Origin: Octopus bimaculoides
Lineage: Eukaryota
Direction of reading: 5' to 3'
Assembly: GCF_001194135.2 (NCBI RefSeq)
Contig: NC_068982.1
Coordinates: 29,404,054 to 29,468,053, forward strand
Length of the DNA stretch: 64,000 nt
Part shown: positions 39,301 through 51,660 of the stretch, one piece after another
Position numbering within the stretch: position 1 is the first letter of the stretch
Layout of the letters: each line of letters begins with the position of its first letter
Notes under the pieces: generated by a model
What the model was told of the DNA's origin: nothing
Databases searched by the model: none
Seen by the model: the letters and a program-made list of their open reading frames with translations, nothing else
Made by a program: the position numbers and the translations under genes

Positions 39301-39539
39301 ACATACACAGGAGTGCTGAAAAGTTACTGGCTTTGGGTAAAAGAAAATACAGGAGGATCAATTAATTATGATTTTATTCAACATATTCCGCTCTCAGATT
39401 CAAACACTTACTGCAGTGGTTCTTCAGTTTTTCTAAGCCCTGTAAAAGAATTTGGAAGGTTGGGCCTCCGATCAGGCCTTTCATGATACCCTTAAAGCCT
39501 GGAACTTTTCAGCACTCCCTGTGAATATATGTATGTATA

Positions 39540-39543
39540 TGTA

Positions 39544-39586
<43 letters not shown>

Positions 39587-39835
39587 TTGTCACAGCATCA
39601 CATGATGGTTGTAAATAAGCATGTCTGTTTATGGGGGAATTTTCCCTTGCTTGGAAAAAGGTGAGGGTTGACAAGAAGGACACCTGATCATAGGAAATCT
39701 GCCACAATGAATTCCATCTGACTTGTGCAAGCATGGAAAAACTGACAATAAAATGATGACAATGATGACAATGATGATGATGGTGGTGGTGGTGGTGGTA
39801 GTGGTGGAGATGACGACAACGATGACGATGATGAC
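39540..39835 (+). mobile_element. (TG)n + D-like SINE tail ending in (ATG)n
   Basis: GGAAATCTGCC...GCAAGCATGGAAAA...ATGATGAC; reverse complement of the 17745-17960 module. Confidence 0.6.
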
Positions 39836-40493
39836 GGTACTAAGAATTGCTATTAAGAATTATTGTCATGACCATTTGATGATGTATAGAAGAATAATAA
39901 AATAATGGTAGTTAGTCCCAGTGATATCTAAAAATATCATGACAACTAACAACATGTTATAATTTCAATTGAGCTTAGCTCCAGTGATATTTGAAGATAT
40001 CACTCAAATGTAGTAGTGATAAGATATTAAAATTTGTTATTGAAAATATATAATTAAATCAATTTTGTTCATCAAAAGATGTAATTAAATCAATGCAATA
40101 CCAATAATGTGTGGCAGATATGTCAACTATTTATAATTATGTAATATACAGAGGTGTTTCTTTTAAGCAACTTGTATATTTTAGACTCTTTCTTTTTCGA
40201 AATCATCCAATTCTGTTGATATATGTTATTTTGGTTTAACAAATTATATTTATATGACATTTTAGATTCTTTTGGTATTTCTTAAGAGAACTACAAGAAA
40301 TCCACTTGATCAAGAACAAACAACTTAACATTTGGTTATTGACCTTGAAATGGCATTTATCTGCTGCTGGACAGTAAGAAAACTTGGAGAAATTGAATGG
40401 TTCAAGTGAACTCAGAAGATTAGTTTGAGAACGTAAAATACTCAGAGTTTGTAATAAATTTTCTGATGCATAAGAAAGCTCCATTATTATATC

Positions 40494-40686
40494 TTAACCC
40501 TTTAGCATTTAAACCAACCATATCAGGCCAAAATATTCTACCTGTTTTATGTTGGAGCCAGCTACATCTGGCCTCTTACACCAACCCTACTATGTGATTG
40601 TAAATATAAATAATCACATCACCAAAACCTCGAACCTACAAGATAATGCCTCATTAATTCAAAAGAATGAGAATAAATAAACGTTG
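40494..40686. mobile_element. Second copy of the piggyBac-like MITE, right end missing
   Basis: Aligns along its length with 36603-36795, then gives way to a SINE body. Confidence 0.65.
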
Positions 40687-40923
40687 ACACTTTATTTCAC
40701 ATTGCTCCAGTTCACTCAGCTGTAGAAATATGTTGCAACATCAGTAGTGCCAAGCTGTATCAGCTTTTGCCTTTCCGTTGGATAACATTGGTGGTATGGA
40801 AAGGGGAAGCTGGTATGCATGGGCAACTGCTGGTCTATAAAAAACCTTGCCCAGACATGTGTCTCGGAGGGTAACTTTCTAGATGCAATTCCATGATCAT
40901 TCATAACCAGAAGGAGTCTTTAC
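40687..40923 (+). mobile_element. 5'-truncated SINE (family G)
   Basis: Homologous to 55094-55330. Confidence 0.8.
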
Positions 40924-41094
40924 ATATATATAAATAGAGCTCAAAACTGATCCATTGAAAATACTTTATTATAATAATATGATAATAATGAAAATGACCT
41001 ATGAACATTTCGATGCAATGTCCAGAATGATTCATACATCATATTATAAAATATTATAAAATATTAATATATATATATATATATATGTACACAT

Positions 41095-41250
41095 GACATG
41101 CTTCTTTCAATTCCCATCTACCAAATTCACTCACCAGGCTTTGGTCGATCACAGGCTATTGGAGAAGACACTTGCCCAAAGTGCAACACAGTGGGACTGA
41201 ACCCAGAACTATGTGGTTGTGAAGCAAGCTTCTTGCCACTCAGCCACATT
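41095..41250 (-). mobile_element. Family B SINE head
   Basis: TCTACCAAATTCACTCACC...GAAGACACTTGCCCAA...GTGGGACTGAACCC...AAGCAAGCTTCTT. Confidence 0.75.
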
Positions 41251-41964
41251 AGCACCTCTATAGGAATATTAATTTTAACAAGAAGAAAAAGCATGAAAGA
41301 CCAAGGATAATTCTGAAGGCTATCTACTGTTTATCACATGCGAATATGCATATTGACAGAGAAACATAGAAAGAACTTGGAGGAAATAAGAAACATCTGG
41401 ATACAGTTGGGCTCAAAGTTAGCTTTGTGGCTACTTGAGAGGTTAGCTGTGGTGGGAATATGATGGAAGGTAACAAATACATCACAACAAAAGATTGTGG
41501 AAACCAAGATGTTAAATAATCTAATAATTGTTTAAGAAATGTTTAATGTGGAGTTGTTAAACAGGGAATTGCTGTAATCCCAGATATTATTAGGAAGAGA
41601 GCATCTGAAATGATTCAAGTGAAAATGAATTAGATATAGATGTGTTATATATAAGTGTGGGCTGCACAAGAAATATGAAATAAAGAAAGAAAATGGTGAA
41701 TAACAATCATCAAACACATAAAGACAATGAAAGCAGACTTCAAGAAAGAAAGTTGCTAAAAACATAAAAATGACTTGGAGACATAATAGATTTCTCAATT
41801 TGCTAATTGTAATTGTGAAGGAAGTAGTATAACTAGATTATCATCATTAACAGATGAAAATGTTTCTGGCAGAACATCATCAAGAAAAGTATTGGACAAA
41901 TAACAAAAGAATCTATAATGCATTTATTCATCATCATCATCATTATCATTAACATCATCATTAT

Positions 41965-42200
41965 CATTGTTTTAATGTCCATTTTTCCATGCTTGCATGG
42001 GTTAGTCAGAGTTTATTCGTGCAAATTAGATGCCCTTCTTCCAGTGAACCTTTTGCCTGTTTCAAAGCAAGATAATATTTCCTTATCACCAGACATGATC
42101 TTGCAGCATATTGGAAATGAACGATGCTGCTTGTGTGACCAATCATATACAACTATCACACAATATCAAAACAATGAGACACAAACATGCACGCGCGCGC
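41965..42200 (-). mobile_element. D-like SINE tail
   Basis: TTTTTCCATGCTTGCATGGGTTAG...GATGCCCTTCTT, preceded by (ATC)n. Confidence 0.6.
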
Positions 42201-42272
42201 GCACACACACACACACACGCACATACATACACACCTAAATACATACATACGTGGATACATACGTGGATACAT

Positions 42273-42325
<53 letters not shown>

Positions 42326-42834
42326 TATATATATATATACATACACATATTTGAAGTTGTTTATTTATAAAAAGGAATTAAAGGTAATGTTATGCTACTT
42401 TGTAATAATCCTTATTATTATTATTGATATATACGTATATATATATATATATATATNNNNNNNNNNNNNNNNNNNNNNNNNNNNNNNNNNNNNNNNNNNN
42501 NNNNNNNNNNNNNNNNNNNNNNNNNNNNNNNNNNNNNNNNNNNNNNNNNNNNNNNNNNNNNNNNNNNNNNNNNNNNNNNNNNNNNNNNNNNNNNNNNNNN
42601 NNNNNNNNNNNNNNNNNNNNNNNNNNNNNNNNNNNNNNNNNNNNNNNNNNNNNNNNNNNNNNNNNNNNNNNNNNNNNNNNNNNNNNNNNNNNNNNNNNNN
42701 NNNNNNNNNNNNNNNNNNNNNNNNNNNNNNNNNNNNNNNNNNNNNNNNNNNNNNNNNNNNNNNNNNNNNNNNNNNNNNNNNNNNNNNNNNNNNNNNNNNN
42801 NNNNNNNNNNNNNNNNNNNNNNNNNNNNNNNNNT

Positions 42835-42973
42835 AGGAAGGGCATCCAGCTGTAGAAACTCTGCCAAATCAGACTTGAGCCAGGTGTAGCCATCTGGTTC
42901 ACCACTCCTCAGTCAAATCGTCCAACCCATGCTAGCATGGAAAGCGGACGTTAAACAATGATGGTGATGATGA

Positions 42974-42975
<2 letters not shown>
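42835..42975 (+). mobile_element. Family D 3' module
   Basis: AGGAAGGGCATCCAGCTGTAGAAACTCTGCC...CCATGCTAGCATGGAAAGCGGACGTTAAAC-ATGATG. Confidence 0.8.
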
Positions 42976-43017
<42 letters not shown>

Positions 43018-43790
43018 ATGGTAGAGTATGACTTGAGGGAGATATGGCAGCTATTTTTAACAGGCTGAGTGAAACTACACAAATTTCATGCATTAGTGGG
43101 GTCTCTGCTTTGGTTCAGTTATCTTTTCTTCAGTTTATTCTTTGATACCATTACAAAACAATCTTGAACTTGAATATCACAATAGCATCTGTGAACTAAT
43201 GACCAGATTTCAATTGTTGCATTTGTTCATGAGCTTCAAAGAAAGCTCCAAATATGAAAGAGTAAATCTACATCAGAAGACTAAACTATCAGTTTGATTT
43301 ATGTAGTTGGGTTTTGATTCTATTTCTATATTATACCATATTGGTATACAGAAATAGATAAGTAAGAAGTAAATAAGCAGAAACTTAATTTTTCAAAATA
43401 ATCACTTGCGATTCTTGCACAACGCCTGTTAAAATATGTTTGCTGTAGATTATCAAGGAAACAAAATTTTGGACACAATAGGTTCACAAGAGTAACTAAT
43501 GCCAGTGAGCAATCATAATATGGAGGCCATAATCTACTTGAAAAGATTCCTATATATATATATGTGTGTGTAAGTGTGAGTGCATGAACACATGTGTGTG
43601 TGTAGTATATATACATATGTGTGTGTATGCATGCATGTGTAGCATATATACATATGTGTGAGTGTGTTATAGCATACATTTTTCCATGAAGCATGGAATT
43701 TGTTGAAGTCAATTTTCTACAGCTTGATGCTCTTCCTGTTGCCAATCCTCAACTGAGGATGATACTAGTAGTTATGATCTTGAATGAAAT

Positions 43791-44240
43791 ACTCTTTACT
43801 CTTTACCCTTTACTCTTTATTCTTTTACTTGTTTCAGTCATTTGCCTGCGGCCATGCTGGAGCACTGCCTTTAGTCAGGCAAATTGACCCCGGGACTTAT
43901 TCTTTGTAAGCCTAGTACTTATTCTATCGGTCTCTTTTGCTGAACTGCTAAGTTGCGGGGACATAAACACATCACCATCGGTTGTCAAGCAATGCTAGGG
44001 GGACAAACACAGACACGCAAACATACACACACATCACACACACATATATAGATATATATATCTATATATATATATACGACGGGCTTCTTTCAGTTTCTGT
44101 CTACCAAATCCGCTCACAAGGTTTTGGTCAGCCCAAGGCTATAGTAGAAGACACTTGCCCAAGATGCCACGCAGTGGGACTGTACCCAGAACCATGTGGT
44201 TGGTAAGCAAGTTACTTACCATACAGCCACTCCTGCACCA
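43791..44240 (-). mobile_element. Full composite SINE: family B head + CA/TA hinge + family C tail
   Basis: Head 44075-44240, hinge 44020-44075, C tail 43830-44010, terminal (TACTCTT)n. Confidence 0.8.
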
Positions 44241-44269
44241 GATTAATAAGTGTGATATGGTTTCAAATT

Positions 44270-44390
44270 TTGGCAAAAGCCAGCAGGTTTGGAGGCGGGA
44301 CTAAAGGAATTACATTGACCTTAGTGTTCAACTGGTACTTATGCTGCTAAACAATTTTCTCAGTATACTAACAATTCTGTCAGCTCTCTA
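44270..44390 (-). mobile_element. Family A SINE with internal deletion
   Basis: TTTCAAATTTTGGCA...CAACTGGTACTT...ACAATTCTGTCAGCTC. Confidence 0.55.
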
Positions 44391-46211
44391 TCTAAAGTAA
44401 GTGCAATGTTAAATTATAAGATTACTTTCCAGTCATAAGGAAAAGAAGTTCTATCTGGTAAGTCAAATATAACAGAATCCAAGGATATTGGCGATGGTCT
44501 GTGTCAGTAAGACTTGTATTATTTAAGAAAAGCAACTTAAATAGTATGAGTGTCCATTTTTCAATAGATTTGTATTGAATTTTTAGACAACTATTTCTGG
44601 AAACTGAATTTCCCGTTATATGTGAACGTGTGACATGTATAACTCTCTCATTATTAATAAAAAAATTCAGTCGTACTTCATAAGATTTTGTAAGATGCTA
44701 TTATTCCAAAACACTGTAAGTAATGAAGTAGTAGACATCAGAGAATTTCTGATAAATTCCATCACAACTTGTAATTGAATTTAACATAATATCTCTCTAA
44801 TAGTTGTAGAATATGATAGAACTGACAGAGTTCTAAAGATATTCAACAGATTCAATAATTCAAACCTATGATTATTAAGGTTACTACCAGCCTGGAGATA
44901 ATTTAAAATCAATGAAATCCAAAGAAATTTTAAATTTCTGTTAAGTATTTCTTCCATGGTACACCGACTTTTTTCTTAATGAAAATATATAGCTGTTGTT
45001 AAATATGAATTAGATGCTAAAGGGAATTTCTGTTGTGCTCACTACATGAATGAAATTGGATAAAATTCTCTGTTACAAGAACGGTGAATTTGATTAGTAT
45101 GGCAATTGAAGAAGGTGTGTAATTAGTAATCATTAATTTTCTGTGTGTTAATCTAATTATTTTTGTTTGTATTTTTGTTTTTGTTGCAAGATAATTCTTT
45201 ATTTATTTCAAATAGAATCAGCTATTGTGAAAACAACAAATATTTTTTGCAATACAAAACTACTGTTTTATACAAAATATACTGTGAGTTATAGATAATA
45301 GACCATTACAGAAAATATTGCAAAATCTTATAAATCCATTTTTTATTCAAAAGATAAAAATAAATACTAACAGGGAATAATAAGCATTATATATACTTCC
45401 TTTCAAAATTTCCCTTGTGTAGTATCCTAGTGTAATGTCAGTTGACAGTTATTTGCTATAATAATGTTAGAAATAAAAAACATTTTTTCTTTGAAAATAA
45501 ACATTAATAATGCTTTACTATTGTTAATTTGTACAATATCAGACAAACTGTCAATAAAGTTCAAGAAGTTTTGCCAATCAATAAATTCTGTCATCCATAC
45601 ACAACTTAATGTTGGAATCATTTAATTGTAACATTTCCGTGACATAATAACAAAACAAAATAACATAGTTCCCAAACATAAATCTGACTAAAGTAGCAGA
45701 TAACTAACTACACGATCAGTCATTCAGAACCTTGATAACTTTTTGTGTATGTATAACTATAACTTCCGATAAAATTGGACGGAGTTGTTTTCTGTGCTTT
45801 AATTCAACATAGTAAGGAAATCTTTATATGATTTGATTTGATTATTTGATTTTAACAACATGAAAAGACCTTTAACAAGAATCAAATCATAAACTGAAGT
45901 ACAGTTTTGTTTGTGTATTTAACATTTAAAAAGTGGTTAAGACAAGTCAGAAGGAAATAAATAACTGTTGAAACTATTGATTTAGAATATGATATTAGTT
46001 TGGTCTATTAATTTCTGCTTTAGATTTAAAACACTGAGTAGGAGGCTGTGAAGTTTATGCTTTCTCAAAAATGCATTAGAAACATAGGAAATATATCCTT
46101 CCTTGAGAAAGAATGAATCTCACAAATCTTCAAACCTTCTTTATTATAAGTTCATTTTCATATCTTGATGTTTCTAATTTCTTTTCCTCTTGTAGTTTTC
46201 TTCCAAGTTTA

Positions 46212-46410
46212 CCATATTTTCCAGCATAAATTTTAAGAGCAACATTTACAGTGAAAACAAAAGGTTGGTTGGCTTATATACCAAGGTGACTTTAGAGGAC
46301 CAAAATTTCCATGTAAAACACAGCAGGATTTGGAATGATAGTGATGATGTTTCAGTGTTTACACATGTTTACACTATATACTACCTTGACTTGTATGCCA
46401 GAAAATATGG
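46212..46410. mobile_element. 199-bp MITE with TA target duplication (pogo/Tigger-like)
   Basis: TA|CCATATTTTCCAGCATA ... TATGCCAGAAAATATGG|TA; inverted repeats with 2 mismatches in about 20 nt; the CC(G/A)TATTTT terminus recalls Tigger-type TIRs. Confidence 0.75.
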
Positions 46411-46909
46411 TAAATCTTTATTTAGTCTTTGGATTTGATTAGCAAATGTTTATCGATCATAGATATAGGTCTAATATTCTCCTCTAAGTTAACCTTATTA
46501 TGAGCATACACTATTTTTATTTAAATTAATTTAAAAAATAAAGAAGAATTTTCTAATGTAAATTTATCATTACTAAGCTGGTCTCTGGAAAATAAATTAA
46601 CATGAAAATTTTGATGGAAATTTTTTAATTTAAATCAGTTTTCAGCACAAAGTTTGTTTGAGAGAACCACACGCAGACTCAAGTGAATTGGTATCAAAAG
46701 GTGAGCAGTTTTGTTGTGGTTTATGAAAATTTTCTCAAATTATTAAATTTAAATACCATTGCAAGCGCTTTGTGTATAAATATATGATATATATCAAACA
46801 TTCGCATTCTAAAAATACAAAGAACTTTCTCATTAATTTTTCATTTACACACGAACACGTGAGTGTATGTATGTATGTATGTATTTAAGTAGAGGGAAAA
46901 GTGCCAAAT

Positions 46910-47095
46910 TATTAGTACACTGGACAAGATTGTTAGTGGCATTTCGTCTGTCTTAATATTTTAAGTTCAAATTTCACCAAGGTCAAATATTTCTTTAATC
47001 CTTTTGGGTTCAATAAAATAAGTACTAGTTGAGCCCTGAGGTTGATATAATCAAGATCTCTCCCACAAAATTTCAGGCCTTGTGCCTATAGTAGA
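46910..47095 (+). mobile_element. Family A SINE monomer
   Basis: GCATTTCGTCTG...AAGTTCAAATTTC...AATAAGTAC...TTTCAGGCCTTGTGCCTATAGTAGAA. Confidence 0.75.
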
Positions 47096-47114
47096 ACAGA
47101 TATATATATATATT

Positions 47115-47380
47115 TGAGTGTGGTTGATGCCAGTGACATGTAAAAAGTACCATTCAAGCATTGTCAATGCCAGTAATGCCTGACCGGCCCCCATGCCAGT
47201 GGCGCATAAAACGCACCCACTACACTCTTGGAGTGCATCTCTTAGGAGGGGCATCCAGCTGTAGAAACTTTGCCAGATCAGATTGGAGCCTGGTGCAGCC
47301 TTCTAGCTCTCCAGCCCTCAGTCAAACTTTTCAACCCATGCCAGCATGGAAAGTGGATGCTAAATGACGACGACGATGAT
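47115..47380 (+). mobile_element. Family D repeat
   Basis: GCACCCACTACACTCTTGGAGTG...GCATCCAGCTGTAGAAAC...CCATGCCAGCATGGAAAG-ATG tail. Confidence 0.75.
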
Positions 47381-47399
47381 GATTTTATATATATATATT

Positions 47400-47695
47400 T
47401 GCATGGGTTGGATAGAGTTTATTGAGGCAGATTTTCTGCAGTTAGATACTCTTCCTGTCACTAACAGTTACCTGTTTCTAAAAAAGGTAGTATTCATCTA
47501 TGGCCATATATATATATACATACATGCATACACAACAGTCTTCTTTCAGTTTCTATCAACCAAATCCACTCACAAGACTTTGGTCAACCTGAGGCTAGAA
47601 TAGAAGACACTTGTCCAAGATGACATGCAGTGGGACTGAACCTGGAACCACGAGGTTGAGAAGGAAGCTTCTTACCACACAGCCACACCTAAGCC
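47400..47695 (-). mobile_element. Composite SINE: family B head + D-like tail
   Basis: Head 47535-47695, tail 47400-47500. Confidence 0.7.
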
Positions 47696-48122
47696 TATAT
47701 ATATTAATGTGTGTGTGTGTGTGTCTGTGTAATAACTCTTGAAAGTTATATATTTGTCTTGTCAAAGTTAGCAAATTTACAGAAATATTAAGTGCAATGA
47801 TTTCAGAAATAGTATTAAATTTAATAGAATAACTGTAAGGGAATAAGTGTATTCTCCTTTAACTTACATCTTGTTTCACAATAAAGAAATCAGTCAGTCA
47901 TAAAATGAACAGAAGAAGACTATTCGAACAGAAATTATGGTTGCTATGAGCATACATGTGACAATTCATTAATATAAGAAAGTATCACTGCATTAGGCAT
48001 GATATTCATTCACTGTTAGAACCAAGTGAATGAACCACAATAAAAGGTGGTAAGGGAATTAATGAGTGCTAAATATTCAGTTAATGAGAATGGGCTCTCT
48101 TGTTAGATATGTGCTTGGATGT

Positions 48123-48161
<39 letters not shown>

Positions 48162-48202
48162 TGTATGTAGATGTCTGTTAATGCGTGTGATATCTATATC
48201 TA

Positions 48203-48245
<43 letters not shown>

Positions 48246-49182
48246 NNNNNNNNNNNNNNNNNNNNNNNNNNNNNNNNNNNNNNNNNNNNNNNNNNNNNNN
48301 NNNNNNNNNNNNNNNNNNNNNNNNNNNNNNNNNNNNNNNNNNNNNNNNNNNNNNNNNNNNNNNNNNNNNNNNNNNNNNNNNNNNNNNNNNNNNNNNNNNN
48401 NNNNNNNNNNNNNNNNNNNNNNNNNNNNNNNNNNNNNNNNNNNNNNNNNNNNNNNNNNNNNNNNNNNNNNNNNNNNNNNNNNNNNNNNNNNNNNNNNNNN
48501 NNNNNNNNNNNNNNNNNNNNNNNNNNNNNNNNNNNNNNNNNNNNNNNNNNNNNNNNNNNNNNNNNNNNNNNNNNNNNNNNNNNNNNNNNNNNNNNNNNNN
48601 NNNNNNNNNNNNNNNNNNNNNNNNNNNNNNNNNNNNNNNNNNNNNNNNNNNNNNNNNNNNNNNNNNNNNNNNNNNNNNNNNNNNNNNNNNNNNNNNNNNN
48701 NNNNNNNNNNNNNNNNNNNNNNNNNNNNNNNNNNNNNNNNNNNNNNNNNNNNNNNNNNNNNNNNNNNNNNNNNNNNNNNNNNNNNNNNNNNNNNNNNNNN
48801 NNNNNNNNNNNNNNNNNNNNNNNNNNNNNNNNNNNNNNNNNNNNNNNNNNNNNNNNNNNNNNNNNNNNNNNNNNNNNNNNNNNNNNNNNNNNNNNNNNNN
48901 NNNNNNNNNNNNNNNNNNNNTATATATAAACATAATTAAGGGATCAGCAAACATTTGCTTCACCACATACCGAAGTTCAGAAATAGCAGCTAAAAAAGCT
49001 GAGACTCCAACAGATAGTTCTCCACCGATAATGGTGTTTACATACCGAAGGGCTTGGTAAAAGTTATTAATTGTTGATTTATTAATAAATTAATAAATTG
49101 ATAACCTTTACCCTTTTAATTGTAATATATATATATATATATATATGCATATGTTTGTGTGTCTGTGTTTTGATAGGGTTGT

Positions 49183-49865
49183 TTACCAGGTACTTTGTGG
49201 CAACTTCTTGTTCCTGGATTGGAAACGCATAGCCTTCAAAGTGTAATGTGATGTAGTGGTCTTGTGTACAAGAGAGGTTGTGCTTTGTGTCAATTCTACT
49301 GCTTTCTTCAAGCTTCCAGGCAACATACCCATGCATGGTCTTTTTCTTGTATGCTGAGTGCTTTCCGTCCAGGTCTTCTCTGAGGTAAGAGAGCCAGCTG
49401 TTTTGGGGCTGTGTAGAAGAGCATCAGGAAGAGAGTGTTTCTTGAGGAGTTCACTGCCAACTCGTACAATGTTACTCACTTCACTTTTCAGGACTGCATT
49501 AGTATATTTATTTTTGCTACTGTTGTTTAGCAGGTGCTCCCTGACTGATAGTATACAGCATTCAAAGATCGTCTGCACTGATCTCAGGCCTCTATCATTT
49601 TCATTTCTTCTTAGGTAGAGCCTGTCAGCATCACTGTTTCTGTGGAAGTTCCCAGTTGTTGTCAAGAATTTGATGGTTTTGATATCTATGGAGTGGATTT
49701 CCTCTACAGGCCAATCAAATATTCAAAATGTTGGGATCAGCACTGGTACTGCAAATGCATTGTGGGATATTGTTTTGTTGTAAGAGGAGAGTTCCAACTG
49801 CTTAATTTTCCTAAGTCTGGTGTAATATTTGTGGGTCACTCTATTTTTATTCACAGTGCCTTCAT
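49183..49865 (-). mobile_element. RLE-type (R4/Dong-like) LINE RT C-terminal relic
   Basis: [15 protein letters not shown] and GNFHRNSDADRLYLRRNENDRGLRSV match the H..SD.DRLY..R..GGRGL motif of R4-type elements; frameshifted downstream. Confidence 0.82.
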
Positions 49866-49916
49866 ATGATATGTATGTTTGTATGCAGGTATGTATGTGT
49901 GTAGTATGTATGTATG

Positions 49917-50008
<92 letters not shown>

Positions 50009-50019
50009 GATAGATAGAT

Positions 50020-50310
50020 AACTGGCACTCAGTTGGTTACAATAACAAGGGTTCTAGTTGATCTGACCAATGGAACAGCCTGTTCATGATATTAATGTGC
50101 AAGTGGTTGAGCACTCCACAGACATATATACCCTCAACATAATTCTTAGGGAGATTCAGTGTGACACAGAGCATGACAAAGGTAGCCCTTTGAAATCCAG
50201 GTGCGACTCATTTTTGCCAGCTAAGTGGACTGGAGCAATGTGAAATCAAGGGTTTTGCTCAAGGACACAATGCATCACTGGGAATTGAACTCACAACCTT
50301 ATGATTGTGA
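50020..50310 (-). mobile_element. SINE sharing its 3' half with family F
   Basis: The reverse complement of GTCTGTGGAGTGCTCAGCCACTTGCAC...AGGCTGTTC...GAGTGCC is present, but the 5' body differs from 17278. Confidence 0.7.
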
Positions 50311-51089
50311 GCCAAATTTTCTAATTATAAGAGAGATAGATAAGCAATATATATATATATACTTATATATACATTATTAAGGAGATCTGAAAGTTATTAT
50401 AGTAACATTATTTGATTATTTGAAGTTTGAAGAAAATATAAAATATGAAGCAAGCTATTTAAATAGAACCATGTGCTCACCTTTAGAGTTTTACTGCTAT
50501 GTAATTCACAGAGAGATCAATGTAATTAAATGTGAGTTTAAACAAACTATTTTAGCTATCAATAAAATATAATAAATGTTTAGACGTTAATAAATGATAA
50601 CTTAACTTCCGGAGCAACTAGAAATCTAAAATATATCAAAATAGATTTAATGAGAAACAATAACAATGAACTCAGAATATTTATTTTGATAAATTAATTG
50701 TATTTGAAGTTAAACAAAGGAAAACAGTAAATTTAAGAACAAACATCTAAAAGGTTCAATAGATTTCCCAAATATATCACATCATTTTTTTCTTTAAGTA
50801 TAAAAGGCATGGCTTATTTTGCAACCATATGATTTCAGGTTCAGTCCCACCACACAACACCTTGCTTATGTGGTTGTTTATCTCCTGCTATAGTCTTAGG
50901 CCAACCAATGCCTTGTTAGTGAATTTGGCAGGTAGAAACAACACTTATTACACCTGAGAAGTATGTTAAGTGTATACATGTTTGTGGAATACTCAGCCAC
51001 TTGAATGATAATTCAGTTGATCCCACAACTAAGTCCTCATCATCAACACCAACAAAGATCCATTCTCCATTTACCATCTCCCAGGAGGT

Positions 51090-51660
51090 GAAGTATAGCA
51101 CTGTTTAGGACAAGAAGCCACTTAGTGTAAGGGAATATGAAGGAGAAATTAAGATGAAAGGAATGAGTTTACTTTAGACTTGAAAGAGTTCAGGTGATAA
51201 GAAGGGGCAAAACAGTGAGAGGGAAGAGAGTTCCAAAGTCTGACCATTCAAGGAAAAAGGCTACGACTGTAGGAAGACTTCCTTATTCCTGGAAACACAA
51301 CAGCATTTGGATGAAGGTGTGAGTTTCAAGTCAAGCGAGATGTCACACAGTAATCTGGAACTAGGAATGAAAGTTCATCATGAGGCATGGCAACATCACA
51401 GTAATGTAATGAGGGTTGCAAAGCTGAAGCAAGATAAGGACCAATCAAATTAGAGGCCCACTTCTCACCCCAGCTAAGGAGATCCAAGTGACAAAATGGT
51501 GTACCAGCTCAAATATAACATTGGTCATAGTACTGAAATGAGCATAAAGGCCAAAATATCAAGCTATGTTATATGTTATAAGGATTACGCCTTGAGGCAA
51601 ATAACAATCAAATGTTTGACTTTGAGTTTATCAACAAATTATGAGAGGCTCTGCTTGAAA
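51090..51660 (-). mobile_element. L2/CR1 LINE 3' relic
   Basis: Minus frame SRSLFP*MVRLWNSLPSHCFAPSYHLNSFKSKVN matches the L2/CR1 terminal SFFP....LWN.LP......L..FK..VN motif. Confidence 0.72.

Noticed and set aside
44433-44715. Two short + exon candidates (HKEKKFYL; SYFIRFCKMLLFQNT) with GTAAGT donors
   Set aside because: The second acceptor lacks a pyrimidine tract, and the phase does not connect to the downstream candidates
46646-46700. Possible + exon HKVCLREPHADSSELVSK with AAG|GTGAGC donor
   Set aside because: Phase is incompatible with the upstream MITE frame (gives a stop); no homology
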